The notes under the pieces are model-generated. The model was not told where the DNA came from, did not search any database, and worked only from the letters and a program-made list of their open reading frames with translations. The position numbers were made by a program, and so were the translations under genes. Below are positions 16,359 through 27,216 of a DNA stretch of 64,000 bases, one piece after another (within the stretch, counting starts at the first letter, position 1; every line of letters starts with the position of its first letter). Origin of the DNA: Clostridiales bacterium (GTDB lineage Bacteria; Bacillota; Clostridia; TANB77; CAG-508); assembly GCA_003507395.1 (NCBI GenBank), contig DNVW01000006.1:98249-162248 (forward strand), written 5' to 3'.

Positions 16359-18971
16359 TTATTTCATCTTTTCTTTTATCTTTACTAGTGTATTTAAAGC
16401 ATCAATTGGAGTCAAATTGTTCAAATCCACTTTGTCTAATTCATGTGCTATTTCAGCTAATTTGTAGTTATACATATCTAATTGTCCTGTTGCTACTTTT
16501 TTATTCTCTTTTTCTTGTTTTTGATTGCCGAGTATACTTTTTCTTTCTAACGTTTTTAATATCTCATTAGACCTTTTAGTAACCACTTGTGGGACTCCTG
16601 CTAATTTTGCAACATGAACTCCATAACTTTCATCTGTTCCTCCTGATACTATTTTTCTCAAAAATATAATATCTTCTCCTCTTTCTTTTACTGCGATAGA
16701 ATAGTTTTTTACTCCTTGTATTTTTTCCTCCAACCCTATTAGTTCATGGTAATGTGTGGCAAATAATGTTTTGGCTCCACATTTTTCTTTGTCTGACATA
16801 TATTCAGCCACTGCCCATGCAATAGATAATCCATCATAAGTTGAAGTTCCTCTACCTATCTCATCTAATATAACTAAGCTGTTTGGTGTTGCTTCTTTAA
16901 GTATTGTTGCAACCTCCATCATTTCTACCATAAATGTACTTTGTCCCATGCTTAAATCATCTGATGCTCCTATTCTTGTAAAAATTTTATCTACTACTCC
17001 TAATCTTGCAGAAGTTGCTGGAACAAAACTTCCACATTGTGCCATTAATGATATTAATGCAACTTGCCTCATATATGTAGATTTTCCAGCCATATTTGGA
17101 CCTGTTATTATAGAAAATCTATTATCTTCCTTATCTAAATATGTATCATTATCTACAAATGCACCACTTGGAAGTATTTTTTCTATAACAGGATGTCTTC
17201 CACCTTTTATATCTATTATTCCACTATTATCTACTATGGGCATACAATAATTCATATCTTCTGCTACAGTTGCAAAAGAGTTTAAAACATCAAGTGTTGA
17301 TATTATATCTGCTGTTTTTTGTATTCTTATTATTTGTTTTTCTATTTTTTCTCTTATATCACAAAATGCATTATATTCTAAATTTATTACCTTTTCTTCT
17401 GCTCCAAGTAATTCATTCTCTAATTTTTTTAGTTCCTCTGTAACATATCTTTCTCCGTTTGTCAAAGTTTGTTTTCTTATATATCTATCTGGCACTAAAG
17501 AAATGTTAGATTTTGTTACTTCTATATAATAACCAAATACTTTGTTAAAACCTACTTTTAGTCCTTTTATTCCTGTTTTTTCTCTTTCATCTGCTTCTAA
17601 TTGAATAAGCCAATTTTTTCCATCTGTAGTAGCAATTTTCAATTTATCTATTTCTTCATCATAACCTTTTTTTATTAATCCACCTTCTTTTACGCTAATT
17701 GGTGGTTCTTCTACAATTGCATTATCAATTATTGTATATATATCTTCTAATGTATCCAATTCCTCATATAATTCTTTTAATAAGGTACTATCTGCACTTA
17801 CCATTATTCTTTTTAATTCTGGTAATTGTTTTATTGAATTTTTTAAAGATATTAAATCTCTACCATTTGCATTTCCATAAGAAATTTTTCCCACTAGTCT
17901 TTCAATATCATATACTTTTTTTAGTAAATCTGTTATATCTCCTCTTAATATTAATTTTTCTTTTAGCTCTTTTACTGCATTTAATCTTTTATTTATTCTC
18001 TCCACATCTAAAAGTGGATCATTTAACCATCTTCTTAATCTTCTTCCTCCCATAGATGTAGATGTTTTATCCAATACCCACAATAATGTACCCTTTTTAG
18101 ACTTATCTCTTAATTTTTCTGTTAATTCTAAGTTTCTTCTAGCATTTATATCTAAACACATATATTTTGTATTATTATATAAAGTTATTTTATTAATATG
18201 GTCTAAACTTGTTTTTTGTGTTTCTAAAATATAAGTTAGTAATCCATTTATAGCACAAATGCAAAGTGTTTTATCATTAATGTCTTTTATTTCATTTCCA
18301 TCCTCATTTACAATATTATATTTATTTAATAATTCTTCTGAATTATTAGAAAATTTTTCTTCCTCTTATTTTGATATGTATATTTGAAATCTTTCTCTTA
18401 TTTTTGCAATCTCCTCTGTTGTTGCGTACATTAAGTCATTAACTACAATTTCTGCTGGAGAATATCTAGATATTTCATCTAAAGCCATAGAAAAATTATT
18501 TGTTTCTTTTATTTGTGTTGCTTTAAAATCACCTGTTGAAACATCACATATACTAATTCCAAAGTATATACCATTTTTATATATTGCCATTATATAGTTA
18601 TTTTTCTTTTCATCTAACAAATTACTTTCGATTACAGTCCCTGGTGTTACTACTCTTATAACCTCTCTTTTTACTATTCCCTTTGCTAATTTAGGATCTT
18701 CCATTTGTTCACAAATTGCAACTTTATATCCTTTGCCTATTAAACGTGCAATATATGTTTCTGCTGCATGAAATGGGACCCCACACATTGGTGCTCTTTC
18801 TTCTTGACCACATTCTTTACCTGTAAGTGTTAATTCCAACTCTCTAGATGCTAGAATTGCATCATCAAAGAACATTTCATAGAAATCCCCTAATCTATAA
18901 AATAAAATACAATCTTTATATTCTTCTTTCGTCTTTAGATAATGTTGCATCATTGGCGAATATTCTGCCAT
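16359..18971 (-). pseudogene. mutS: DNA mismatch repair protein MutS interrupted by one in-frame TAA (18366-18368)
   Basis: ORFs 18366..18998 (mismatch-binding domain, GDFYEMF) and 16359..18161 (clamp/ATPase, GPNMAGKST) share a frame, and all 69 codons between them are open. The likely start [11 protein letters not shown] is at 18971, after GGAGG. Confidence 0.85.
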
Positions 18972-19006
18972 TTTCTTTTCCTCCATTTCGCTCTTCATTT
19001 AACTGT

Positions 19007-20410
19007 CTAGTCGTTTACTTCTCCCTTCAAATACCACATATGTTCTGATACTATTTTTAAATTTATTATTTGTCCTATTAAATTATCATTTCCTTTAAAT
19101 ATTACTACTTTATTAGAATCTGTTCTACCTGTTAACATATCTTCATTGTTTTTGCTTTTTCCCTCTACTAATACTTTTTGTATTGTATTAATATATTTCT
19201 TATTTTTCTCTTCAATCTGCTCTTCTACTAATTTTTTTAATTTTTCAAATCTTATATGTTTTTGTTCCTCTGGGACTTGGTTTTGCATTCTATCTGCTGG
19301 TGTTCCAACCCTTCTTGAATATATAAACATATATACTTGTTCAAAATTCACTTTCTTTACTACATCTAATGTATCTTCAAATTCTTCATCTGTTTCTCCA
19401 GGAAATCCTACTATTATATCTGTTGAGAGAGTTAAGTTTGGTATTTCTTTTTTCATTTTTTCTACTAATTCTAAATATTGCTGTTTTGTATATTTTCTAT
19501 TCATTTCTTTTAATACTTTGCTATTTCCAGATTGCAATGGTAAATGTATTAACTTACATACTTTATCACATTTTTTTATTGCCTGTATAACATCTTCTGT
19601 AAAATCTTTTGGATGAGGAGAAATAAACCTAATTCTTTCTATTCCTTTTATTTTATTAACAGCATAAAGTAATTTCGCAAAAGATGTAATTTTTTCATTT
19701 TCATTTTCTAATACTTCATTTCTCATATAAGAATTAACATTTTGTCCTAGCAAAGTTATTTCTTTATATCCCTTGTCTGCTAATTCTCTTACTTCATTAA
19801 TTATATCTTCCGGTTTTCTACTTCTTTCTCTACCTCTAACATATGGTACAATACAGTAACTGCAAAAATTATTGCATCCGTACATAATTGTAACTGATGC
19901 TTTTATATTATCATTTCTTTTTATTGGCAATCCCTCTATTATTTCCCCATCTATATCTATAATATCTTCTATTCTTTTTTTGTTTAAAATTACATTGTAT
20001 AAATCTTGTGGAAATTTGTGTAATGTATGTGTTCCAAATACTATATCAAAAAATGGATAACTTTTTTGTAATTTATCTACAATGTGTTTTTCCTGCATCA
20101 TACATCCACCAATAGCAATTATAGTTCCTCTTTTTTCCTTTATTTTTTTTGCCTCACCCAATTTTCCAAATAGTTTGTCTTCAGCATTTTCTCTTACACA
20201 GCAGGTGTTAAATACTATTAAATCTGCTTCTTCAATATTTTCTGTATTTGTATAACCCATTTTTTCTATCATTCCAGAAAGTTTCTCCGAATCATTTTCG
20301 TTCAACTGGCATCCCATAGTTAAAATAATATATTTTGGATTTTTATTCAAATTTATTTTATTTATTTCTTCTATATATTCTTTTTGATTTTCTCTATTAA
20401 TTACTTCCAT
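19007..20410 (-). CDS. miaB: tRNA-i6A37 methylthiotransferase MiaB
   Basis: Radical-SAM CNNFCSYC motif, N-terminal UPF0004 cysteines, C-terminal TRAM-like domain. The miaB-mutS order is conserved. Confidence 0.9.
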   Translation of the reverse strand: MEVINRENQKEYIEEINKINLNKNPKYIILTMGCQLNENDSEKLSGMIEKMGYTNTENIEEADLIVFNTCCVRENAEDKLFGKLGEAKKIKEKRGTIIAIGGCMMQEKHIVDKLQKSYPFFDIVFGTHTLHKFPQDLYNVILNKKRIEDIIDIDGEIIEGLPIKRNDNIKASVTIMYGCNNFCSYCIVPYVRGRERSRKPEDIINEVRELADKGYKEITLLGQNVNSYMRNEVLENENEKITSFAKLLYAVNKIKGIERIRFISPHPKDFTEDVIQAIKKCDKVCKLIHLPLQSGNSKVLKEMNRKYTKQQYLELVEKMKKEIPNLTLSTDIIVGFPGETDEEFEDTLDVVKKVNFEQVYMFIYSRRVGTPADRMQNQVPEEQKHIRFEKLKKLVEEQIEEKNKKYINTIQKVLVEGKSKNNEDMLTGRTDSNKVVIFKGNDNLIGQIINLKIVSEHMWYLKGEVND

Positions 20411-20481
20411 TTTTTCTTGTTCCTTTCATAATTCAAACAATATTCTACACTAAATCACATTATTTTTCAAGAATATAAATT

Positions 20482-20505
20482 AAAACGTTCCTTAAGGAAC
20501 GTTTT
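20482..20505 (-). terminator. Terminator of rpmE
   Basis: Palindrome AAAACGTTCCTTAAGGAACGTTTT immediately after the rpmE stop. Confidence 0.7.
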
Positions 20506-20508
20506 AAT

Positions 20509-20709
20509 TTATTGTAATCCATATTTCTTTTTAAATTTGTCTGCTCTACCACCAGTTGTTTCTCTTTTTAAGTTTCCTGTCCAGTATGGATGGCATTTTG
20601 AACATATATCAACCTTCATATCTGATTTTGTTGAATTTGTTTTCATCACATTTCCACATGCACATGTTATTGTTGTCTCTTCATATTTTGGATGTAATCC
20701 TTCTTTCAT
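20509..20709 (-). CDS. rpmE: 50S ribosomal protein L31 (zinc-binding type)
   Basis: MKEGLHPKY...CACG...CSKCHPYWTG...RADKFKKKYG. Confidence 0.95.
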   Translation of the reverse strand: MKEGLHPKYEETTITCACGNVMKTNSTKSDMKVDICSKCHPYWTGNLKRETTGGRADKFKKKYGLQ

Positions 20710-20793
20710 TTTGTCTTCACCTCTCCCTTACTTTTTTAAAAACACTATTAAATATTTTAACACATAGTTTATTTTTTTTCAAGTGTTATATTA

Positions 20794-20952
20794 TTATTTA
20801 TCTGTTTCATTATTAATTTGTTGCATATATTGTGCTGAAGATAATAATTCTCTTTCTAAAGAAGATTTATTTACTAATTTAGTTATTATATTGAATATAC
20901 ATGCTATTATCAATACAAAGAATAGAATTTTTTTCCATATTTTTCCTAACAT
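20794..20952 (-). CDS. Small single-TM protein (52 aa)
   Basis: Manual translation: MLGKIWKKILFFVLIIACIFNIITKLVNKSSLERELLSSAQYMQQINNETDK. A GAGGGAGAG RBS lies just upstream. Confidence 0.45.
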   Translation of the reverse strand: MLGKIWKKILFFVLIIACIFNIITKLVNKSSLERELLSSAQYMQQINNETDK

Positions 20953-21079
20953 TTTTCTCTCCCTCACATAATTATACTTTATATTATACTATAAAATAAA
21001 AATTTGTCAATATATGTATGTGTGTAAATATTTTTTATTGGTTATAATATATATTAAATTTTATTGAAAGGATTTTGCT

Positions 21080-21670
21080 ATGAATAAGAAAATATATATT
21101 ATTTTATTGCTATTATTTTTATCTTTATTTTTTCTTGTGGGTTGTCAAAATAGTAATACTGAAAACAATTACAGTACTAATAGAACTACTTATGAAACTC
21201 AACCAGAGCCTGTAGAAGAGGAATTGTATACTTTTTCCACTCCTATAAAATCTGAAGATCCTAATAGACTTACAAATTTAAAAATAACTTCTTCAAAAAT
21301 AAATGGCACGATTGTTAAAGCAAAAAAAGAATTTTCTTTTTATGGTGTTATTGGTCAACCTAGTAGTAAAGATGGCTATAAAGAAGCTGATGCTTACGGA
21401 AAAAATAATGAAATAATTAAAGTAATTGGTGGTGGTAATTGCCAAATAAGTACTACTATATATAATGCTGTTCTTGGTGTTAAAGGATTAGAAGTAACTG
21501 AAAGGCACGAACATGATATGCCTGTTGCATATATTGAAGATGGAAAAGATTCTACTGTTTCTTATGGCACCCTAGATTTAAAGTTTAAAAATAATAATGA
21601 TTTTGATATTAAATTATATTGCGAAGTTAAAGACAATAAAGTAACGGTAAAAATTTTTAAAGTTCTATAG
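21080..21670 (+). CDS. VanW-family lipoprotein
   Basis: Lipobox LFFLVGC. VanW-like core ...GGGNCQISTTIYNAVLGVKGLEVTERHEH...DSTVSYGTLDLKFKN. Confidence 0.6.
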   Translation: MNKKIYIILLLLFLSLFFLVGCQNSNTENNYSTNRTTYETQPEPVEEELYTFSTPIKSEDPNRLTNLKITSSKINGTIVKAKKEFSFYGVIGQPSSKDGYKEADAYGKNNEIIKVIGGGNCQISTTIYNAVLGVKGLEVTERHEHDMPVAYIEDGKDSTVSYGTLDLKFKNNNDFDIKLYCEVKDNKVTVKIFKVL

Positions 21671-21716
21671 AATAAAAAAGATACTTTCGAATATTATGTT
21701 TTAGGAGGTATCTTTT

Positions 21717-22946
21717 ATGTTTTTTAAAAAATTACTATCTTTAGTTTTTATTTTTTCTTTATTTTCTTTTAATGTTTTTGCATATGGTGATTCTATCTTT
21801 GTGTGGAATAATAATTTAGAAACTTTAGAAACAAATTCAAATATTTCCGCTAAATTAGATTCTAATAACTTACAATTAGAATCAGAAAGTGGCATTTTAA
21901 TAGAACAACATTCTGGACAAATTTTATTTGAACACAATTCTCATGAAAAATTAAGACCAGCTAGTGTTACCAAGGTAATGAGCATATTGTTGATAATGGA
22001 GGCTATAGATTCTGGCACTTTGTCTTATACTGACAAAATACCTTGTACTGAAGCAGCTGCTGCCATGGGTGGTTCTCAAATTTGGTTGGATGTCAGAGAA
22101 GAACTTACTGTTGACGAAATGCTAAAAGCCATTTGCGTTGTTTCTGCTAATGATTGTACAGTTGCTATGGCTGAATATTTATGTGGCTCTCAAGAAGCCT
22201 TTGTTGAAAAGATGAATACTAAAGCTCAAGAATTAGGAATGAAAGATACCTCTTTTAAAAATTGTCATGGATTAGATGAGGATGGACATTTAACCTCTGC
22301 ATATGATATAGCATTAATGTCTAGAGAACTGTTAAATAAACATCCTAGCATAACTAAATATACTACTATTTGGATGGATACTTTAAGAGATGGAAAATCA
22401 CAACTTGTAAATACTAATAAATTAATAAGAAATTATAAAGGAATGACTGGTTTAAAAACTGGTTCTACCTCTCTTGCTTTATATAATTTATCTGCAAGTG
22501 CCACTAGAGATGGCTTATCTTTAATTGCAGTAATTATGAAAGGTCCTACTGGTGCAATAAGATTTTCCGAAGCCCAAAAACTTTTGGATTATGGCTTTAG
22601 CAATTATCAATATAAAGAATTAGCTGGAAAATACGAATGTTTAAAAAATGTAACTGTTCAGAAAGGTACAGAAGACAATTTAAACATATTATTTGATGAG
22701 GATGCTGGAGTTATAATAAAAAAAGGCGAAAACAAAAATATAGAACAAATCATATCTGTTCCAGATACCTTAATAGCACCAATTACTAAAGGTCAGAAAG
22801 TTGGTGAAGTTTCATATTGTTTAGATGGTGAAAGAATTACAACTATAAATATAATTGCAGAAAAAGAAATAAAAAAAATTAGTCTAATAAACTTTTCTAG
22901 TAAATTGTATAAAAGTTGGTTTTGCCTTTTGAGGGAAACAAAATAA
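21717..22946 (+). CDS. Serine-type D-Ala-D-Ala carboxypeptidase (low-MW PBP, PBP5/DacF-like)
   Basis: Signal peptide. Active-site motifs SVTK, SAN and KTGS. C-terminal PBP5 domain and membrane anchor. Confidence 0.85.
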   Translation: MFFKKLLSLVFIFSLFSFNVFAYGDSIFVWNNNLETLETNSNISAKLDSNNLQLESESGILIEQHSGQILFEHNSHEKLRPASVTKVMSILLIMEAIDSGTLSYTDKIPCTEAAAAMGGSQIWLDVREELTVDEMLKAICVVSANDCTVAMAEYLCGSQEAFVEKMNTKAQELGMKDTSFKNCHGLDEDGHLTSAYDIALMSRELLNKHPSITKYTTIWMDTLRDGKSQLVNTNKLIRNYKGMTGLKTGSTSLALYNLSASATRDGLSLIAVIMKGPTGAIRFSEAQKLLDYGFSNYQYKELAGKYECLKNVTVQKGTEDNLNILFDEDAGVIIKKGENKNIEQIISVPDTLIAPITKGQKVGEVSYCLDGERITTINIIAEKEIKKISLINFSSKLYKSWFCLLRETK

Positions 22947-23021
22947 AAACTATTTTAAAATTGTAGTATTCTTTTAATCTTTTGGGCAATAATAATTAAT
23001 AAATAATTTTTGGAGGTTTTT

Positions 23022-23459
23022 ATGGATAACCAAAATTTAAATATTCTAGATGAAATTAACAAAGGTGCTACAATGGGTATGGATGCTATTTCTTTTATAT
23101 CTCAGAAGGTTAATGATACTAAATTTAAAGATGTTTTAAAAACAGAGTATAATAAATATAAGGATATATCTACCAGAGTAAATAATTTGTACAATAAGTT
23201 TACTACCAGCAAAGAACCGCATGAGACTAATAACATGAATAAAATGATGACTTGGTATGGTATACAAATGCGAACAATAACTGATGATACTACTTCAAAA
23301 CTATCTGAATTATTAATGCAAGGTACAAATATGGGAATTATAGAAGGTAGACGTTTAATTAATCAAAATAATAATATTTCTCCTGATGTTAAACATATTT
23401 TAAATGATTTCGTTGTTATGCAAGAGGATAGTGTTGAAACATTAAAAAAGTATCTTTAA
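23022..23459 (+). CDS. Helical-bundle protein (DUF2383/ferritin-like, tentative)
   Basis: Start MDNQNLNILDEINKG follows GGAGG. All-helical composition. Family assignment is from memory only. Confidence 0.4.
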   Translation: MDNQNLNILDEINKGATMGMDAISFISQKVNDTKFKDVLKTEYNKYKDISTRVNNLYNKFTTSKEPHETNNMNKMMTWYGIQMRTITDDTTSKLSELLMQGTNMGIIEGRRLINQNNNISPDVKHILNDFVVMQEDSVETLKKYL

Positions 23460-23470
23460 TACCAAGGGTT

Positions 23471-23503
23471 GTCCCCAATTGAGCCAAATGGACAATTGGG
23501 GAC
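23471..23503. terminator. GC-rich hairpin between convergent genes (bidirectional terminator)
   Basis: GTCCCCAATTG / CAATTGGGGAC with an 11-nt loop, followed by the partial repeat TGTCCCTAATTG. Confidence 0.55.
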
Positions 23504-23519
23504 TGTCCCTAATTGTGAT

Positions 23520-25559
23520 TTAAAATAATGAGTACATTATAAATAATGTTGCTGCAAGAGATGATACCAGTGATACAACTGTTATTTGAGTATTTATTGA
23601 TGGTCCTGCTGTGTCTTTAAATGGATCTCCTATTGTGTCTCCTATAACAGCAGCTTTATGTGCCTCTGAACCTTTACCTCCAAAGTTTCCTGCTTCAATA
23701 TATTTTTTAGCATTATCCCATAGTCCTCCACTATTACTCATCAACATTGCAAGTAATAATCCTGATAATATATTTCCTGCTAAGAATCCTCCGATTGCTT
23801 GGACTCCTCCTATAAATCCAACTACTAGAGTAGCTATTATCGCAATTAGTCCTGCTGGTATTAATTCTTTTATTGCTCCGATTGTTGCTAAATTTATGCA
23901 TTTTTCATACTCAGGAGGTACATTTCCTTCTTTTACTCCTTTTATTTCTTTAAACTGTCTATGTATCTCTGTTACTAATTTTTGAGAATTTTTACTTACT
24001 CCAAATATTAATATAGCTGAAAATACTGCCGGAATGGCTACACCTACTAATGCTCCAAAAAATACCGATGGATTCATCAAATCAAATGTAATTTCTAGTC
24101 CTGTAGAATTTGATACGATTTCAGCAAATGCTGCCAATAGTGCAATAACAGTAAGTCCAGCTGCTCCTATAGCGAATCCTTTTGTTATTGCTTTTGTTGT
24201 ATTTCCTGCTGAATCTAATTCATCTGCTCTTTGTATTACTTCGTCTCCTAAATCTCCCATTTCTGCTAGTCCTCTCGCATTATCTACAATTGGTCCATAT
24301 GCATCATTTGAAACTATCATACCAACAATTGATAACATTCCAATTGCTGACATTGAAATTCCAAGCATTTCATATCCTGGTCCTATAGGCTCACATAACT
24401 TATATGAAATTAGTGCAGCTAACCCAATTCCAACTAATGCTGGTAAACTACTTATTAGTCCATATGAAAAACCAGATAAAATCGTAAATGCTGGACCTTT
24501 TTGTGAACTTTTTGCGACACTTATGACAGGCTTTTTATCATCTCCTGTAAAGTAATTGCTTGTTATTCCTATTACAACACCTATAATCATTCCTATTATA
24601 GCTGCTCCCCAAATTCTAATATTAAAATTGCAAAAATGTGTTGCTAAATATGTTAAACCTGTAAATATTAGGCATGTTAAATATGTTCCATTGTTTAATG
24701 CTCTTCCTGGACTTCCTTTTTTTCCTATATGTGAACAAAGTACACCTATTATTGATGCCAAAAGCCCTATAGCACAAAAACAGAACATCATATTAATTTC
24801 ACCAAGTGGTAGTGCAATAACTAATGTTGCTGCAATTGCTGCAATGTTAGAATCAAATAAATCTGCTCCCATTCCTGCTACATCTCCAACATTGTCACCA
24901 ACATTATCTGCTATAACTGCTGGATTTCGTGGATCATCCTCGGGTATTCCTAATTCTACTTTTCCAGTTAAATCTGCTGCCATATCAGCTGTTTTGGTAA
25001 AAATTCCTCCTCCGGCTTTTGCAAATAATGCTAATAAACTTGCTCCAAAGCTAAAAGCTAACAGTATATTTGGATTATTGGTTATTAAATACAACGCTGC
25101 AGCACCTGCTAAAGAAGTTCCAACAACAGCCATTCCCATAACTGCTCCTCCTCTGAAGCCTGCCATAAAGGATTTAGATAAACTTTCTTTTGCTAAAACT
25201 GCTGTTTTTACATTCGCAATAGTTGCAATGCTAATTCCTATAATTCCAGCTAATCCCGAAAAAGTTGAGCCTAAAATAAATGCTATAACCATTCCTATAT
25301 TAGTCATAATATTTTCTGTTTTCCATATAGGTTCTGGGAAGAATAATAAAATTACTACTGCTAATACACACATAATAACTGCTAACATTTTATATTCTTT
25401 TTTTAAGAATGTGAAAGAACCTTCTCTAATTAATCTTCCTACATTTTCTATCTTTTCATTTTTAGCAGGCAGACTTTTCACCCATTTATAAAAGTAAAAC
25501 GCTACAATGAAAGAAAGTACTGACACAAAGATTGAAACAATTGCCCAATCAATTTTCAT
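23520..25559 (-). CDS. hppA: Membrane-bound ion-translocating pyrophosphatase
   Basis: 679-aa polytopic protein with GDNVGDVAGMGADLF and DNAKKYIE signatures. Confidence 0.92.
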   Translation of the reverse strand: MKIDWAIVSIFVSVLSFIVAFYFYKWVKSLPAKNEKIENVGRLIREGSFTFLKKEYKMLAVIMCVLAVVILLFFPEPIWKTENIMTNIGMVIAFILGSTFSGLAGIIGISIATIANVKTAVLAKESLSKSFMAGFRGGAVMGMAVVGTSLAGAAALYLITNNPNILLAFSFGASLLALFAKAGGGIFTKTADMAADLTGKVELGIPEDDPRNPAVIADNVGDNVGDVAGMGADLFDSNIAAIAATLVIALPLGEINMMFCFCAIGLLASIIGVLCSHIGKKGSPGRALNNGTYLTCLIFTGLTYLATHFCNFNIRIWGAAIIGMIIGVVIGITSNYFTGDDKKPVISVAKSSQKGPAFTILSGFSYGLISSLPALVGIGLAALISYKLCEPIGPGYEMLGISMSAIGMLSIVGMIVSNDAYGPIVDNARGLAEMGDLGDEVIQRADELDSAGNTTKAITKGFAIGAAGLTVIALLAAFAEIVSNSTGLEITFDLMNPSVFFGALVGVAIPAVFSAILIFGVSKNSQKLVTEIHRQFKEIKGVKEGNVPPEYEKCINLATIGAIKELIPAGLIAIIATLVVGFIGGVQAIGGFLAGNILSGLLLAMLMSNSGGLWDNAKKYIEAGNFGGKGSEAHKAAVIGDTIGDPFKDTAGPSINTQITVVSLVSSLAATLFIMYSLF

Positions 25560-25626
25560 AAATAATTCCTCCTTTTCTTTTGTTACATTAATATATATTA
25601 TTTAAATTAATGTTAAAATTTAGTAT

Positions 25627-26355
25627 CTACTTACTCGTCGCTTGATATCTCTTTATAGCATCTTCTATATTGCCATCAAATACTATTTTTCCTGTTTCCA
25701 TAACCATTCCTCTTTTGCAAAATTCTGCCGCCATTCCCACTGAATGAGTAACAAATAGTAATGTAACTCCTTCATTTTTTATTATTTCATTGACTTTTTT
25801 ACTACATTTTTTTCTAAAATTTTCATCACCCACGCTAAGAGCCTCGTCTACTATTAAAATTTCAGGTTTAATATTTACATTAATCGAAAATCCTAATCTC
25901 GTCTTCATTCCGCTTGAATATGTTCTAATTGGTTGATCAATATATTCTTCAATTTCTGCGAAGTCAATTATTTCCTGCTCTAATTCTTTTATTTCATTGT
26001 TTTTTAATCCTAATAGTTGACCTTTCAAATATATATTTTCTCTTCCTGTGAATTCAGGGTCAAATCCTGAAGTAAGCTCTAATAACGCGCTTACTCTTCC
26101 TTTCACTGAAATTTCTCCATCTGTTGGATAGCACACTTCTGTTATCATTTTTAATATAGTTGATTTTCCTGCACCATTTCTTCCAAATATAGCTACTGAT
26201 TCTCCCTTTTTTATATTAAATGATACATTATTTACAGCGTGCTTTTCTTTATAATTTTTGATTTTAAATAGTGTTGAAATTAGTCTCATCTTGTCATTTT
26301 TAAAAAGCTTATATGTTTTAGTAACATTTTTAAATTCAATTACATTTATATTCAT
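25627..26355 (-). CDS. tagH: Teichoic-acid/polysaccharide export ABC transporter ATP-binding protein
   Basis: Walker A GRNGAGKST, ABC signature YSSGMKTRL, Walker B ILIVDEA. Adjacent to an ABC-2 permease. Confidence 0.85.
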   Translation of the reverse strand: MNINVIEFKNVTKTYKLFKNDKMRLISTLFKIKNYKEKHAVNNVSFNIKKGESVAIFGRNGAGKSTILKMITEVCYPTDGEISVKGRVSALLELTSGFDPEFTGRENIYLKGQLLGLKNNEIKELEQEIIDFAEIEEYIDQPIRTYSSGMKTRLGFSINVNIKPEILIVDEALSVGDENFRKKCSKKVNEIIKNEGVTLLFVTHSVGMAAEFCKRGMVMETGKIVFDGNIEDAIKRYQATSK

Positions 26356-26382
26356 CTATACGATTCCCCTTATCTAATAACT

Positions 26383-27189
26383 TTATAAAACGTCTGGTAT
26401 TTCTTTTCTTAGTTTCTTATAAACTATAATTGTTACCATCAATAGTAATGTTGTTACTATAATAAAATATAATAATCTCTTAGGTTGTTCCCAAATCCAA
26501 TTATGATATATAAAGCAATTTCTAAATCCATTTGTCAAAAAAGTTACTGGATTTATCATTAGTAATTTTTTTAACCATGATATATTTATTGTGTTTGCAT
26601 CCCACAATATTCCTGATAACCAAAATACAGCTGTTACCATTGATTTCACCAAATTACCAAAATCCTTGCTTATTGCTGATAATAGTGAGGCAAACAAACT
26701 CCAAATTGTGCAAAAGATAAACATAAAAAGCATATAAATTGGCATTTGTAAAACGTATATTGTTGGAGTATAATTCATTGCAATAAATATTGATATAACA
26801 ATTACCATTAATATGCAATGTATCATAAACTTTGAAATACTTGTAAATGTCGGTATTGTTGAGATAGGAAATTTCATCTTAGTTACTAGATAGCTGTATT
26901 TTCTTATTGTATCTACGCCCGATGTCAGCATATCACTTATATAGAACCATGGCACAACTCCTGAAATTAACCATAAAAAATACGGAAAACCTGACATTTT
27001 ACTTGGAGCTCTTAGTCCTATGGTAAATGCAAACCAATACACAAATATTGTTACCGTAGGTTTAATAATAGCCCAAGACCACCCCAATGCTGCTCCACGG
27101 TAAGTTTTCGCTAAGTCAGCCTTAGCTAATTTAAAGATTTGTTCTCTATATATACAATGTTCTTTAATTATATTTATTAATTCTTTCAC
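26383..27189 (-). CDS. tagG: Teichoic-acid export ABC-2 permease
   Basis: Six-TM ABC-2 type permease immediately upstream of tagH. Confidence 0.8.
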   Translation of the reverse strand: MKELINIIKEHCIYREQIFKLAKADLAKTYRGAALGWSWAIIKPTVTIFVYWFAFTIGLRAPSKMSGFPYFLWLISGVVPWFYISDMLTSGVDTIRKYSYLVTKMKFPISTIPTFTSISKFMIHCILMVIVISIFIAMNYTPTIYVLQMPIYMLFMFIFCTIWSLFASLLSAISKDFGNLVKSMVTAVFWLSGILWDANTINISWLKKLLMINPVTFLTNGFRNCFIYHNWIWEQPKRLLYFIIVTTLLLMVTIIVYKKLRKEIPDVL

Positions 27190-27216
27190 AATTTTTCTCC
27201 TTTAAAAAAAGTACTA

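Noticed and set aside
18366-18368. Stop-codon reassignment (TAA or TAG read as sense, or pyrrolysine at TAG 41972-41974) as an explanation for the in-frame stops in mutS and the acyltransferase.
   Set aside because: TAA and TAG terminate most conserved genes in this window at their expected lengths (rpmE, ftsY, polA, metK, miaB and others). There is one instance of each only, and no pyl genes are visible.
21701-21937. Minus-strand 78-aa ORF overlapping the start of the D-Ala-D-Ala carboxypeptidase gene.
   Set aside because: It lies antisense to the signal-peptide region of a well-supported gene. It has no RBS and no recognisable features.
24556-25491. Long plus-strand ORFs antisense to real minus-strand genes. 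Examples: 24556..25491 and 24034..24555 opposite hppA, 40211..40966 opposite tagO, 53849..54463 opposite the GT2 gene, and 651..1145 and 1185..1682 opposite ftsY. Many 60-170 aa ORFs are of the same kind.
   Set aside because: Their composition is low-complexity (runs of S/F/I/L/P). They lack RBSs and fully overlap well-supported conserved genes. They are typical shadow ORFs.
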